Positions 35,519 through 48,563 of a stretch of 64,000 nucleotides of DNA are shown here, in pieces. Both the position numbers and the translations under genes were made by a program. The stretch is from Squalus acanthias (Eukaryota). Location of the stretch: contig CM059431.1 of NCBI GenBank assembly GCA_030390025.1, positions 112,408,001-112,472,000 of the forward strand. Reading direction: 5' to 3'. How positions within the stretch are numbered: the first letter of the stretch is position 1; each line of letters starts with the position of its first letter. The notes beneath the pieces were generated by a model. The model was not told where the DNA came from. It saw only the letters and a program-made list of their open reading frames with translations, and made no database searches.

Positions 35519-36916
35519 TCAAAAGAGGTGCTTCCTTTTCGCTCCCAATGCTTTCATCCCTCTCCTTTAAGGTGCTGCGGCAGGCCTTTCAAAATTCGCT
35601 GCCACACATTTCTAGTCCCCATATTGGCAAGCTGCCCATAGGGAGCCTGTTCTGCACAGGCAACTTGCTGAACGAATGTAAATGAGGCCCGGCCGCAAAA
35701 ATAGCGCACGCCCTACGCCAACTCTTTCTGGTGGGCACAGCTCACGCCCCGCCCACCTGATATGTGTTCCACATCAAAATAGATGCAGAGTAAAGCTCCC
35801 TCTGCTTTTCTGCAATCCCAACCTCGGTAACACCTTTATCCAGGTGTTCTGTGTGAACATTGAATGAGTTTCTTCATAACTCATGCGTTATTGACCGCTA
35901 TGCATGTTATAGATTCCTGAGGCAACTTGATTGGATCCAGAATTTGTCCACTGTGTTCAAAGATTGGTGTGTGAAATACACTCAGAACATCTAGAATTTG
36001 TGGATACCCATATTAGGGCGATTATAGACAGAGAATCATGGGGAGTGAGCCTTCATTTCCAATATGCGCTCCCAGTGAGCAAGGCTTCCCAATAGCAGTG
36101 CACGTTTTGAAAATCGATCCAATCATTTCAATCTAACATCTTTTAAAGAGCTTACCTGGTCATTACCACTCTGCTACTTAAATAGCTCAAATCTTCAGTG
36201 GCTGCTTTGGACTGCTGTCTAGAATCAGCCTTTCCACAGTTTTCTTGCCATTTTAAAATACTGGATAATTTGAATTTTTTTTAGCAGTGTATAAAACCTC
36301 CCATACTGTGTTATTCCGATTGCTTAATTCAAATCATTGGATAATTCTAATTTTTCAGTCCAAAAATGACGTAGAATTATTTTTATGATTGTTATTCCTG
36401 ACTACGTTTTGTTTCATTATATCTTTTAAAATATTGTATGCAAATGACCTACCTAAAGTTAGAAACAAATTGCCTCGCGCCTATAAGTGTGATGCAATCA
36501 TCCAAATTGAACTATTTTACCTTTTTACTGCACTCCTGATTTCAGACTTGCAAATAACTCTTTAAAAAGTGAATCAACATGCATAGACGGTGAATGTCCC
36601 TGACAGGCTGGTTGGATTCTCAGTGGGTGCTGTCTGTAATTGGAGCCATACTAACGAAGCTTGTTTCTTTTGGAAAGTTGCGTAGTTTTAGAAATACTTG
36701 TATATTAAGATCATCAACAAAAGAATGAGAGGGATTCTATGCAGAGGAATGTTAGGACGTGGGACCCCTACAAGGAACAGTAGCTTTTAAAAGAGAAGTG
36801 GACAAATATTTGAAAAAGAAAAAATTGAAGGGGTGTGGGAAAACAGCAAGGAAATGAGATGAAATGGATAAATCTTTCACAGAGCCAGCACAGGCTCAAT
36901 GGGGCAGATAGTCTGG

Positions 36917-38255
36917 TGTCAGCTGTGGCTCAGTTGGTAGCACACTTGCTTCCAAGTCCAAAGGTTATGGGGGAAAAATTCAGTATCGCCCCGTTTGGGG
37001 CGCAATTATCGGCCGGGCGCAAAGATTAACGCCTGACGCTAATTTTCACCTCCGACTGCAAACTTGACTTTTATCGCCCCTGGAGGTGATTGGAGCGCTA
37101 AATCAGGCGCTATACATCTGTCTTAAGACGCAAAGGCCGAGGAGCGAGGCGCTAACTCAGAGCGCTGGTGAAGCTCATGTGATGTCAGTCAGCAATGGAA
37201 CACAGACACAATGGCGCCGGCCAGTTCTTAAAGGGGAGGGTTGATCTTGCTTTCCATCCACATCTTGCTCATTGCAGCCTTGAATCTCGGCCTGGAGAGA
37301 CCTGTACATCAAATCTGCTGGAAAGAACAATGGAGAGAACCAGGGAAAGAGCTCAGAGTGCAACACCCACCGTCTCTTCTAAATCGATACAAGGAAGGGC
37401 AAATCAAAATGAACCTGCAAAGTGCTGCTCAGTACCCAAAACTCCTTCACACAGCATTGAATCTCTCCAGAAGTCTCTCTCTCTCTCTCTCTCAGAATGC
37501 GTGGTTCAAAAATGTCACAAACAAAAAAATGCAGGATGCGGTCACCTTTAAATAGCGCTCCCCCAGTCCCTTCCTGACTGCAAAACACTCCCCTCAACCT
37601 GTCGTTGCTAGCGGCAGGCGGTAAGGCAGGGGGCGCCACTCAATATCCGCTCCGGGGCGCTACCGGGGCGTTGCGCACTCGACTGACGTCACGATCTGCC
37701 GGCTCAGGAGATCGTGGCGGTAGTGTTTAGTGCCGCTGCAAAATGTCTAGTTAATTTCGCAAGCGGTGCAAACATCGCCGCGCCCGGGCGCTAGTTGCTT
37801 TGCGCCCCATTAGCGCCCTCTTAAGGCGCTAACAAGAGGCGCAACCAACTGAATTTTTCCCCCTATGGGTTCAAGCTCCCACTCCAGAGACTGGAGCACC
37901 CCAGTGCAGTACTGATGTTGGAAGTGCTGTCTTTTGGATGAGACGTTAAGCCAAAGCCCCATCTTCCCTCTTAGTTTGACGTAAAAGATCCCATGGTACT
38001 ATTTCTAAGAAGAGCAGGGGAGATCCCCCAGTATCCAAGCAAACAGTTATCCCTCAACCAGCATTACTAAAATAGATTATCTGGTCATTATCTCATTGCT
38101 GTTTCTGAGATCTTGCTGCACATAAATTGACAGCTGTGTTTCCTATATTGCAACAGTGACTAAACTTCAATAAGTACTTCATTGACCGTAAAGTACTTTA
38201 GGATGTCCTGAAGTCATGAAAGGGGCTATATAAATGCAAGTCTTTTTTTCTTTTT
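36917..38255 (+). mobile_element. Deu-domain SINE interrupted by a MITE
   Basis: Head at 36917-36968 resumes at 37864 (aaggtTAT|gggttcaag) and ends in ctatataaatgcaagtc. Confidence 0.8.
36969..37863. mobile_element. Harbinger-type MITE inserted in a SINE
   Basis: TIR GGGGGAAAAATTCAGT...ACTGAATTTTTCCCCC, 3-bp TSD TAT/TAT. Confidence 0.85.
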
Positions 38256-38275
38256 CTATGCTGTAAAATTCTTAA

Positions 38276-38455
38276 GGGGTAGAAATTCATCTTGGGCACA
38301 AAATGGGCGGTATTGCATCGGTCGCCCGTTATAACACCCGCCCAATATTCAGCTCTATTGACTTCAATGAAACTGAATATCAGGCGGGGCGTATAACTGG
38401 CAGACAAAGCGATTCTGCCCATTTTGCACTACCGCCCAAGAATAACTTCTACCCC
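38276..38455. mobile_element. Hairpin MITE, same family as 34819-35005
   Basis: GGGGTAGAA...TTCTACCCC termini and internal palindrome. Confidence 0.65.
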
Positions 38456-39401
38456 ATGACTCTCCTAGTTGGATGGTGCTTTTGATTCTTGAAACTCTAA
38501 TATTTGTCTATGTTCTTTGGTTGGCTGTGTAAGTATATCAGCTTTTGAGGGTATTTTGAGGGATCGGGCGTTGCAAGAGTTAAATGACCCCAAGCTTTTT
38601 GTTCGAACTGCTAGTCTGCAGAGTCCACAGCTTTCAGACTGCAGGTGCTGAGTGCACCATGGATGGCCTTTTTTATAGCTGAATTGCCCTTGTCTATGCT
38701 CGAAAGGCTAGGGAAGAGAACTAGGGAGACTCCTAGCTGTCTCAGTCTTATCCCTTATCCGGTTCTTGTATGTGGGAAAGTGAAGCACCGAAACATAACC
38801 AGCTAAATTCTTTTTACTAATTTTCAGTATTCAGCTTTGCTAGACCATAGTTTAATACTAAGATTGCCAGCTTATAGTTTTTATTAAGTTAGTATCGGTT
38901 TATTAATTTAGTCTTCCTGTTAGAATTAGGTTAAAGCATATTAAAAACCAGACTCTAATTAAAACCCATTGTCACCAAGGTCCTTGGTTACATCATCACC
39001 ATGGAAACAGAAAAAGCTTGTGCTAAGGCTCAGATAAGGGAGGCCCAAGGACTGTGCTGGCCACAGATCTTACCAGGCCCCTGATTGGGTAGAATGGGGA
39101 TTTGGAAGATACATGATTGCACAGATCTTTCTCTAGTTCCGGTTCTTGGGGTATATCCTAGTGGGCTTGGGTCATTCTCAGTGTAGCAGGGTCAGAAAGG
39201 GCACCGACCCCGGACTGGTGCAAACACATATGTGCGTAGAAGGAATGAGGAATGGGCCATGCCTACTATCCAAAGGACAGTTATAACGGGTAATATGATT
39301 CATAATTGTACTTTGTAAACTGCTGCTCAAATACTGTAATGTATTAAATCTCACTTATGCTTAAATAAAATTATAATTGTTACCAATATGGAGTCAGCTT
39401 C

Positions 39402-40386
39402 TGTAGGATCTGTTCCTCCCCCTCAACGGTAAAAATTGGACTATGAAATATAAAAACCCAGAACTGCACAGCCCGCAAAAAGAGATGGGCAATAAAGGGT
39501 TAATTCAACATTGCAGCCGAAACTACAAACCATCAAGAGACTGGATCACAGACAACCTAAAATACGAATGCTTCTGAACAAGAACATTTGCATATTCATT
39601 TGCATATTCATTTACATTGTTAAAGAAGACCATGGCCCCAGAATAACTAGTATCAGTGCAGGCCTAGACAATGGGCCGGGCCTTGAACTATTTGAATACG
39701 AATGCTAACAGAAACCAACAACTAGCATATGCAGTCACCTTGGGAAGGTTGCATTCTCAGAAAGGTATCTCTAATCAATGGACAATACGAGGGACAATTA
39801 GCCATCAAGAGTTCTCTGCTAGAGACATTCACACATTTTGCACAGGAAGGGCAGGAAATGTGTTTCAAGATTGCAAGTTGGTTTTGCTTTAAAGGAAGAG
39901 TCACTTCGAAGAGAGTGTTGTGGTGGGAAGCTAACGGAAGAACAGCGAGCAGAAAAATTCAGGGCCTACAATCAACTCCAGGAGACAGCCGACCGGGAGT
40001 GGTGATTGTATGTTTCAGTCAAATCATAGAGGGGGCTTTTGTGATTGAGTCTGAGTAAGTTGTAAGTTTCAGTCAGATCACAATAAGGGTTTTTGTGATT
40101 GAGTCTGGGTAACTTTATATGTAACAGCCAAATCGCGGACGGGTTTAACTGTGTCATATTATGCCAATGCAAATGACCCTTGCGTAGAGGTTTGTATTTT
40201 GGGGTTGTTAGTCTAATATAAATCATAGGGATTTATACTGGGAAGGTAACTGTGTGTGTGTTTAATAAATGAACGAATCAAAGGTTGAGCCAAAACCTTG
40301 TGCCGTGTGTATTTTGTTCTTATAAATCCTGACGTCCAAGAACTGTGTGTGTAACGGGGGACCAGTAACGGAGAAAACCCCTTACA
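39402..40386 (+). repeat. 5' LTR of provirus B (985 bp)
   Basis: TGTAGGATC...CCCCTTACA; direct repeat of 47576-48563, roughly 95% identical by eye. Confidence 0.95.
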
Positions 40387-40391
40387 GAACC

Positions 40392-40408
40392 TGGCGACCG
40401 CAGCAGGA
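40392..40408 (+). promoter_or_regulatory. Primer-binding site of provirus B (tRNA-Ser-like)
   Basis: TGGCGACCGCAGCAGGA, 5 nt after the LTR, nearly identical to the provirus A PBS. Confidence 0.75.
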
Positions 40409-40461
40409 CATTCAAGGTTTAGAACAAAATTATGGACAGGGTTAAGTGCAAGAAACCCGTG

Positions 40462-42113
40462 ATGGAGGATAGGATATCCTCGTATGTGTTTGGGAAAGTA
40501 AACATTCCCGAGCACTGGATGCGGGAAATGTTACACTCTGACAGTCCATATGAGAAAGCGGGAGCGTGGACGGGTAGTAGCGTACATAAGAAATCGAAGG
40601 AAAAGGCGATTTGGCTAATATGTATGCAGAAACAAATTCAGATGCTCACAGAGAAAGTTGAGCGTTTGGGAAAAGAGAAACAGGAATCAGAATGTAGGGC
40701 AGGAGGGAGAGAGGCCGTAGTGAACTGGCTGACAGAAGATTTGAGCTTTGAAAGGCAGAAGAGAAAAGCGCAGGAAGAAACAGCTAGAAACACGTTAGAG
40801 TACCTGCAATGTCAGGTCACCGAAAGTAGAAGGCAGTGTCAGGCTCAGCGTGAGGAAGGTAATAGGAACTCAGAGAGAGCTGACAAGGCTGAGGAGCAGT
40901 TAAAAGATATAAAGGTGGTCTACAGGGTAGCCAAAAACCTGGTACATGAAGAGGCCGATCACAGGCTCTGTAATGAAAAAATCCATAAGTTGACCCTAGC
41001 ATTATCCCGGGCGAGGGGTATGGTTTGTCTCATGGCACCAAGGGAAGTTGGGGTAGACTGGGATGAGGAGGAAAAGGAGCCCGATGATGGGATCCAGTAT
41101 AGAGAGGTTCGACCGGCTCCCGAAGCACAGGGACCGCCGGGACCGATGTGTCCCCTGTGACAGCAAAAGTTCGGTCCACCCCCACAAGGCGGCAGTCAGG
41201 GGCCATTGCAGAGTGATTATGTGCTTCCCTATATGTCCCTTCAGTTGCAGGAAATGCTGGCCAGTGTGCCGAAACTGAAGCACGGAGTGGTTGCCTCTGT
41301 TCATTTTGCCAATGTAGAGCAGATAGGGGGGATCAATAATTGTGACGACGACGAACGGAAAAAGCTGGTATTGTTCTCTCTAGATGAGAAGCTGTACCAG
41401 GTTTTGTTGGCAGCCATTAAGTTAGGAGGGGGTACCCTGGACGGGGTAAAAGACAAAATTTTAATGGCGCTGGGACATAGCCAGGGCAGCCCATACTTGC
41501 AGGTCGAGCAGACCAGACAATTGGTTGGCGAGGCACCGGATGCATTCGCAGACAGGTTGTGGCCCGTGTATCTGAAAGCGATGGGGAGAAATCTAGCCCG
41601 AGCACAGTTGTTAGGGGCTCCCAGGAATCATTGGTTGAGGACCCTAGTGGCTAACAGCCTGCCACGGATCAGGGCTAGGGCGGAATCATGGTTCGACTCC
41701 GAGGATGTTAATAATACAGAGCCAGGCGTGTTAAGGAAACTGACTCTGGCTTTTAAATCCGACTGAGGGGAGGAGAATAAACAAAAGGAAAAAGTACACA
41801 AGATGAAGGGAAGCGTGGATGGTAGAAAAGAATGGAAGCAGGAGGGGGGTAAGGTGGACAGATCCCAGGCGTGCTTTAACTGTGGGAGAATGGGACACTG
41901 GAACAGGGAGTGCAAGTTCCCAAAAAGGGAAAAACCAGGATACGGGGGTCCCTCAGGGTCAAAACCGCGGGTAGTAGAGGCAGAGAAGGAGAGGGTAGAA
42001 GACCCGGTGGAACTTCTAGTGACCGCGTTATGGCAGTTATGGGCAAAGACCAGGGAAAGCTGGACGCTGCCGTATGCAGTGAAAAGCCCAGCGCGCCCCC
42101 ACTTCTCCCATGA
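40462..42113 (+). pseudogene. gag: gag of provirus B, disrupted
   Basis: Homologous to provirus A Gag (AIWLICMQKQ, GPMCPL, FADRLWPVY, HWLRTLVANSLP, CFNCGRMGHWNREC); stops at 41158 and 41764 and a late frameshift. Confidence 0.9.
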
Positions 42114-45100
42114 CTAGGACGCACCCAGCCTGAGTACCTGTGCCCGCTCACCTACGATGAGTGGGGCAGACCTTGTGTAGAGATCAGGGTAGAGGCCTGT
42201 TCAGGGAAAGTATCTAGTGGACACCAGAGCTTCCAGTACAGTGGATCACTCACCAAACCCGACCACTTCTCCATGGTCAAGCAGAGTCCCGTTTAAGTTA
42301 GTGGGTTTCACAGGGAGCAAGGAAACTGGGGCGGTATCGAAACCTTTGTCTATAAGGTTAGGACCCCTTGTCACTAAGTGGGAATGCGTACTGATGCAAT
42401 GGAATCAGCCCGGCGCGGGGGTCCTCGGAGCTGATTTTATGCTGGCCCACTATGTGATCTTGGATATGAGAAACCACTGTCTATGGGGGGTGGTTGGTTC
42501 AGATAAACCTGAGGAAGTTCTAGTTATCCCCAAGGTGGAGAAAGTGAAAGGTAGCGCCTGTACTATGAAACCGAAGGGTGGCTATGACTTGGAACAATTG
42601 GTCCGTAGCACCCCGGAAAGGTATCGGGGATATGTGAAAAATAATCTCGCAGTGTTCGCCACTCACTGACATGACTGTGGTAGGGTAACAGGGGTAGAGG
42701 TGGAGGTACACGGGGACCCAATGTCACGACCTCAGAAACAGTATAGTTTTCCCCGGGAGGCAGAGAAGGACATGGAAACTGCACTGAGCTCCCTCGTGGA
42801 ACAAGTGGGTACTGAGACCGATAGCGACCCACGTAAATTCACCCCATGGCCAGTTAAGAAGCCCAATCAGTCATGGAGAGCCATGGTAGACTACCGGGTT
42901 CTTAATAAAGGTATTCCAGCATGCGCGCCCACGGTAGCAGCAGTAGCCGATCTAATAGGGAATATCCCTGCGGAGGCAACGACATTCACTGTATTGGACA
43001 TAGCTAACGGGTCCTGGTCTCTCCCAGTAAGACGGGAGGATCAGTATAAATTTGCCTTTACATTCAAAGGGCAACAGTATACGTGGTCATGCCTCCCGCA
43101 AGGGTTTCATAACAGTCCCTGAATTTTCCATCAGTGTATGGCTAATGCTTTAAAGAATTTCAGTCAGCCTAGCCAGTTGATCCAGTACATGGATGACCTA
43201 TTATTATTCTCAGAAATTGCAGAGGACCACAGGCCACTACTGGACGAGTTACTAAAGCTGTTGGGGGAGGCAGGGTTTAAGGCAAACCCCAAGAAAGCCC
43301 AAATAGGACAGGAGGAGGTGAAATTCTTAGGATTGACGATTAGGGCAGGGGAAAAGGCTATAGACGAGGCGAAGAGGAGGGCAATACAGGAACTACCCGC
43401 TCCAAAGAGCAACTGGGGTGAGATCTTTTCTTAGTATGACAGGGTATTGCAGGGATTTTATTGAAGGCTATGCAGCCACAGCAGCCCCTTTGCTTAGACT
43501 CCTTAGGAAAGGAGTAGGATGGGAATGGGATGAGAGTTGTAAGGAGGCATTTACTCGCCGAAAGGAAAATTTACAAACGGCACCCGCACTAGGAGCAATA
43601 AACGGGAACGAAGATTTTTATCTGGAGGTAGCAGATACTGGGGATAGTTTGAGTGCAGTGTTGCTCCAAGAACGGCCTGACAAGTTGAGGCCAGTAGCTT
43701 ATGCCTCCCGAGTCCTGACAGATGTAGAGAGGGGTTACTCGAACTGCGAAAGACACCTTCTGGCGAGCTATTGGGCCGTCAAACGTTTCCAATTATTTAT
43801 GGGGTTATCTTTAATAACCTTACTGACATGTCATACCCCGACACAGATGCTATTGGATGGGAGGTTAAAAGATGGGACAGTGAGTAGCAGTCGTATTGCC
43901 CGCTGGACATTGCTACTCTCCCAGATGAACCTGAGGGTGGAAAGATTGGCGGAACCTAAGCTGGCCTCGAACATGAGTTATCTAGGGACGAATCACATGT
44001 GCACAGTAGAAGGGGTATGGGATGTAGACGTGGGATTCCGGGCCGGGCAACATCCGACAGGGAGCGATATATATGTGGATGGGTCCAGCTCGGTGATAAA
44101 CGGAGAGCGTAGGGCAGGGTGTGGAATTTATGACCCAGGGGCTGGAATAGAGTAAGCCATCAAACTCCCCAGCACACTGAGTGCACAGCAGGCCGAGCTG
44201 GCGGCTGTAGCTTATGTGGTCACGCATCCCGAGGAATTCCCAACCCCCTGCACAATATGCTCAGACTCGATGTTCACGTGCAATTCTTGCACTGAATATC
44301 TGGCAATATGGGCTAGACGAGGATTCAAGTCCGCCGACGGGAAACCGTCAGTAATCGTCCCACTGCTGAACACAATCCTGGGCGTAACGGGCAATAAAGG
44401 GGAGTATTACATTCAAAAAGTAAAGGCGCACTCAAAAACCGAGCCTAAGTGGAAAGGTAACCGGAAGGCCGACGAGTTGGCAAAAAAGGGGGCCAGGGTG
44501 GGAGTACTTTGGGACCCGTAGCGATCTGGACAGATCGCGGCCATAAGGGATATGGAGGGCCCACCGGAGGTGACGTTGCCCCCAGACCTGACCCAGGTTC
44601 AAGCACAAGATACGGTTTTAAAAACCGTGATTAAGAAAAGGGTAGAAGAGGAATCAATTGAGATATAGTGGTCAAAGAGGGGATGCTGTTTAAAGGGGAA
44701 AGGCGGATCATGCCCACACAGTACCGGGAGGAATTTATGCAGCTAGCTCACGGGGGTCCGGGAGCTGGACATCCAGGGCTGGAAACTACCTGGAAGAAAG
44801 TGGAGGAGGTGGCTTGGTGGCCTCATCTCAGGGAAGAGGTGAAGGAATATTGCAGGGAGTGCCTAGTGTGCGCTGTGAACAATCCAGACCCCCACCGTAG
44901 AAAGGCACCATTGGGACACGTTAGGAGGGTAGAGGGACCATGGCATTCTATACAAATAGACTTCATTGGGCCCCTGCCCACCACAAAAGCAGGCAACAAG
45001 TATTGTCTGGTGTTGGTGGACGTTTTCTCTAAGTGGGTTGAGGCCTTCCTTTGTTGAACAGCCACAGCATTAAACACGGCTAAGATCCTAGTAAGGGGCG

Positions 45101-45990
45101 TGTTCTCCCGATGGAGATTGCCCCAGGTAGTGGAATCAGATCAGGGGAGCTATTTCACAGGACAAGTCATGCAGACCACCCTGAAACTTTTAGGGATACA
45201 GGGAAAATGGCATGTGGCCCACAACCCCCAATCATCGGGAATAGTGGAAAGGATGAACCGGACCTTAAAGGAAAGGCTTAGGAAGGAGATAGGGGGGTAC
45301 CCAAAGAAATGGGACGAGGTCCTGCCTCTAGTTCTCATGAATATCAGGGCCAGCCTCTCCAAAAGCGCAGGACACTCTCCGTATGAGCTGATGACCGGTA
45401 GGGCGATGAGGACCCCAACTCATGTGTTGGTACCGGTCCTGACCGAAGCTCAAATGAGGGAGGTCAACCAGGACAGGTTCATAAAAGACTTGTATGAGAC
45501 CTTGAGGAAAGTACAATGGGAAGCCGCAAATAACATGGGCAGCCTGCACCAGAAGAATAGAATGCTGTTAGAGCCACAGAAAGTACAAGAGTGGAAGGTA
45601 GGGGACCAGGTCATGGTGAGAAATTATGCCCGGGTAGGGGCTTTCGAGCCACTGTATGTGGGGCCGTACAGTATAGTGGACAAGGCAAGCCCTATGGTTT
45701 ACGCAGTGCAGCTGCCAAAACAGACAAAGTGGTTCCACATTAATCAATGTGAACTCTATGACCCCGGGAAGAGGGGAATAAAACAAACCAGAGCCCAGGG
45801 AACGATCACGAGTTTCACCAATGGAAGTTTTCCTCCCATATTGTGGGATGATGACGAAAACCCAGAGAGTGGAGCGGTGAGAAGGAGTAGTCGAACACCC
45901 CGACCTAGGGTGCCTTGGACGCCTCATCGCACACCGACCCCGAGCCACAAGAGGTCCCAACCGAACAGTCAGGAAAAAGGGACGCGGTGA
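42114..45990 (+). pseudogene. pol: pol of provirus B, multiple stops and frameshifts
   Basis: Fragments LVDTRA, LPQGFHNSP, YMDDLL, IYVDGS, IQIDFIGP, SDQG, GIVERMN, collinear with provirus A Pol. Confidence 0.93.
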
Positions 45991-46070
45991 TTGTAGAAAT
46001 CACAGCATGTATAATATCTATATAACTTAAGTTTGACCTGTGGAGGGAAGGCCTCTCACAGAGCGTTGCT

Positions 46071-46094
46071 ATTTTCCTTTTCTTTTATTTGCAG
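46071..46094 (+). promoter_or_regulatory. Putative env splice acceptor (provirus B)
   Basis: ATTTTCCTTTTCTTTTATTTGCAG, 25 nt upstream of ATGGATCAGATC (46120). Confidence 0.65.
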
Positions 46095-46119
46095 AGGTGA
46101 GTCGAACGGAGGACGCAGG

Positions 46120-47446
46120 ATGGATCAGATCAGGACAGATGGGGCGAGGCGACATCGAGATGTCGTTTACTTACGGGTGTATGGGAGGAGCCGGGCCCAC
46201 CGTAACACAGGGAGGTAGAGCACGGGGCACTGACGGGATAGCTACATACTTCCATGAGGGAAAATGGCTGGGCTGGTTGGGGTCAAATTCCACTAAATAT
46301 TCCAATTACACTGGTTACAAATTCGGTGAAGCATCAGTGCCCTGCCCCAAATTAAATAGCACCACCAAAAAGGTACTGGTGAACGAGGGAAGGCAAGTGT
46401 GCCTAGAATGCTGGGGAAGTATCTCCGTGGGATGGTGGTGGTGGCTTTGGAAAACAGACAAGGCAAAGGGTAATGAATCCACGGATTGGGAAAGATTGGG
46501 GAACGACTCGTACAGATCAATTGTGGGGACAAAGGGGGGTGTGAAATTATGTTGGGACAAGTGGTGGAAGGAGGAACAAGGGGTTTATGTGTGTGTGGGA
46601 GGATCGGAACGTAAATGCCAGAAGGGGGTGTCCATCGCTTTTAAACGGCAGTGGCAAGATTCCGGGTCTGGAATAGGCTGGACTCAGAGTTTCGATTTGT
46701 GTGTGGTCCCAGATCCTCCAAACGCAGTCAATGCTACCGAACTAGTAGCGCACGATAAGAAGCCCCTACCATCAGCCCCAAAGACACGGGATAAAGAGGT
46801 TAAGTGCCCCATAATGACACCCGGACCTAGGAATGGGTTAGTACTGATTCCAACAGGGAAGGTGTTGTACCATGACGTGCATTACGAGGTAGCATCTGTT
46901 ATCCTTAATTTGACAAAGGTACAGCTACCCCGGTGGTGCCCAGCTGAAACGGAAAAATTGTACGAGAAACTATTAAAAGAAATGTTCTGGCAATTCTACG
47001 AGTTGAACTATGGGGATGAAAGTCGGAAGGATTTGTATAAATGAGCTGACAACAGTCACACCGGTTTGGGGAGACGGAAGAGGGGATTGATCAATGACGC
47101 GGCCACGGTGTTTAATACAGGGACATCACTGGTCAATAGTATAGATGATGCCCAGCTGCAAACGCAGGTCAATACCTTACGGGATCAGCTAAAGAGGATA
47201 CTGGGGGAGGGTAATGAGATTGAGGGACAGGAATTAAGAGATCAGATCAGGGAAATGACCACCCCACCTTGGTGGGACATTGGGTTTAATATTGAAATTC
47301 CTCCCTGGATCCGAATTGCCTCACATGTATTGATAATTGTGCAATTAATTATGGTGTTGTATCTATTTGGGTTATCGTGTAAAACAAAACGAAGGGTAAA
47401 AATGGAAAAACAGGAAAGACTGTATAAAGGGGATTTGGGATTATAG
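46120..47446 (+). pseudogene. env: env of provirus B, disrupted and internally deleted
   Basis: Ig-like domain, stop at 47042, RRKR|GLINDAATVFNTGTSLVN (47072-47083), ~320-codon in-frame deletion near 47236, TM WIRIASHVLIIVQLIMVLYLFGLSC. Confidence 0.88.
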
Positions 47447-47563
47447 AATCAAATGTATAGAATGTGTAAAAAAAAAAGGAATGTGAGATTTGGCTGGGAC
47501 CGACAATGGACTCTCCACGGCAAAAGAATGGACGGGAGTAATATCTCTAATGTAAGAGATATT

Positions 47564-47575
47564 AAAGGGGGGAGA
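47564..47575 (+). promoter_or_regulatory. Polypurine tract of provirus B
   Basis: AAAGGGGGGAGA abuts the TG of the 3' LTR. Confidence 0.85.
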
Positions 47576-48563
47576 TGTAGGATCCGTTCCTCCCCCTCAA
47601 CGGTAAAAATTGGACTATGAAATATAAAAACCCAGAACTGCACAGCCCGCAAAAAGAGATGGGCAATAAAGGGTTAATTCAAACATTGCAGCTGAAACTA
47701 CGAACCATCAAGAGACTGGATCACAGACAACCTAAAATACGAATGCTTCTGAACAAGAACATTCGCATATTCATTTACCTTAAGGGGTTACATTGTTAAA
47801 GAAGACCATGGCCTCAGAATAACGAGTATCAGTGCAGGCCTAGACAATGAGCCGGGCCTTAAACCATTTGAATACGAATGCTAACAGAAACCAACAACTA
47901 GCATATGCAGTCACCTTGGGAAGGTTGCAATCTCAGAAAGGTATCTCTAATCAATGGACAATACGAGGGACAATTAGCCATCAAGAGTTCTCTGCTAGAG
48001 ACATTCACACATTTTGCACAGGAAGGGCAGGAAATGTGTTTCAAGATTGCAAGTTGGTTTTGGTTTAAAGGAAGAGTCACTTCGAAGAGAGTGTCGTGGT
48101 GGGAAGCTAATGGAAGAACAGCGAGCAGAAAGATTCGGGCCTACAATCAACTTCAGGAGACAGCCGACCGGGAGTGGTGATTGTATGTTTCAGTCAAATC
48201 ATAGAGGGGGCTTTTGTGATTGAGTCTGAGTAAGTTGTAAGTTTCAGTCAGATCACAATAAGGGTTTTTGTGATTGAGTCTGGGTAACTTTATATGTAAC
48301 AGCCAAATCGCGGACGGGTTTAACTGCGTCATATTGTGTCGATGCAAATGACCCTTGCGTAGGCGTTTGTATATTGGGTTTGTTAGTCTAATATAAATCG
48401 TAAGGATTTATACTGGGAAGGTAATTGTGTGTGTGTGTTCAATAAACGAACGAATCAAAGGTTGAGCCAAAACCCTGTGCCGAGTGTATTTTGTTCTTAT
48501 AAATCCTGATGTCCAAGAACTGTATGTGTAACGGGGGACCAGAATCGGAAAAAACCCCTTACA
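47576..48563 (+). repeat. 3' LTR of provirus B (988 bp)
   Basis: Direct repeat of 39402-40386, followed by TSD CTTC. Confidence 0.95.

Larger units (their letters stand above)
39402..48563 (+). mobile_element. Provirus B: decayed endogenous lokiretrovirus-like element, 9.2 kb
   Basis: Paired LTRs, perfect 4-bp TSD CTTC, PBS, PPT; gag/pol/env remnants collinear with provirus A. Confidence 0.92.
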
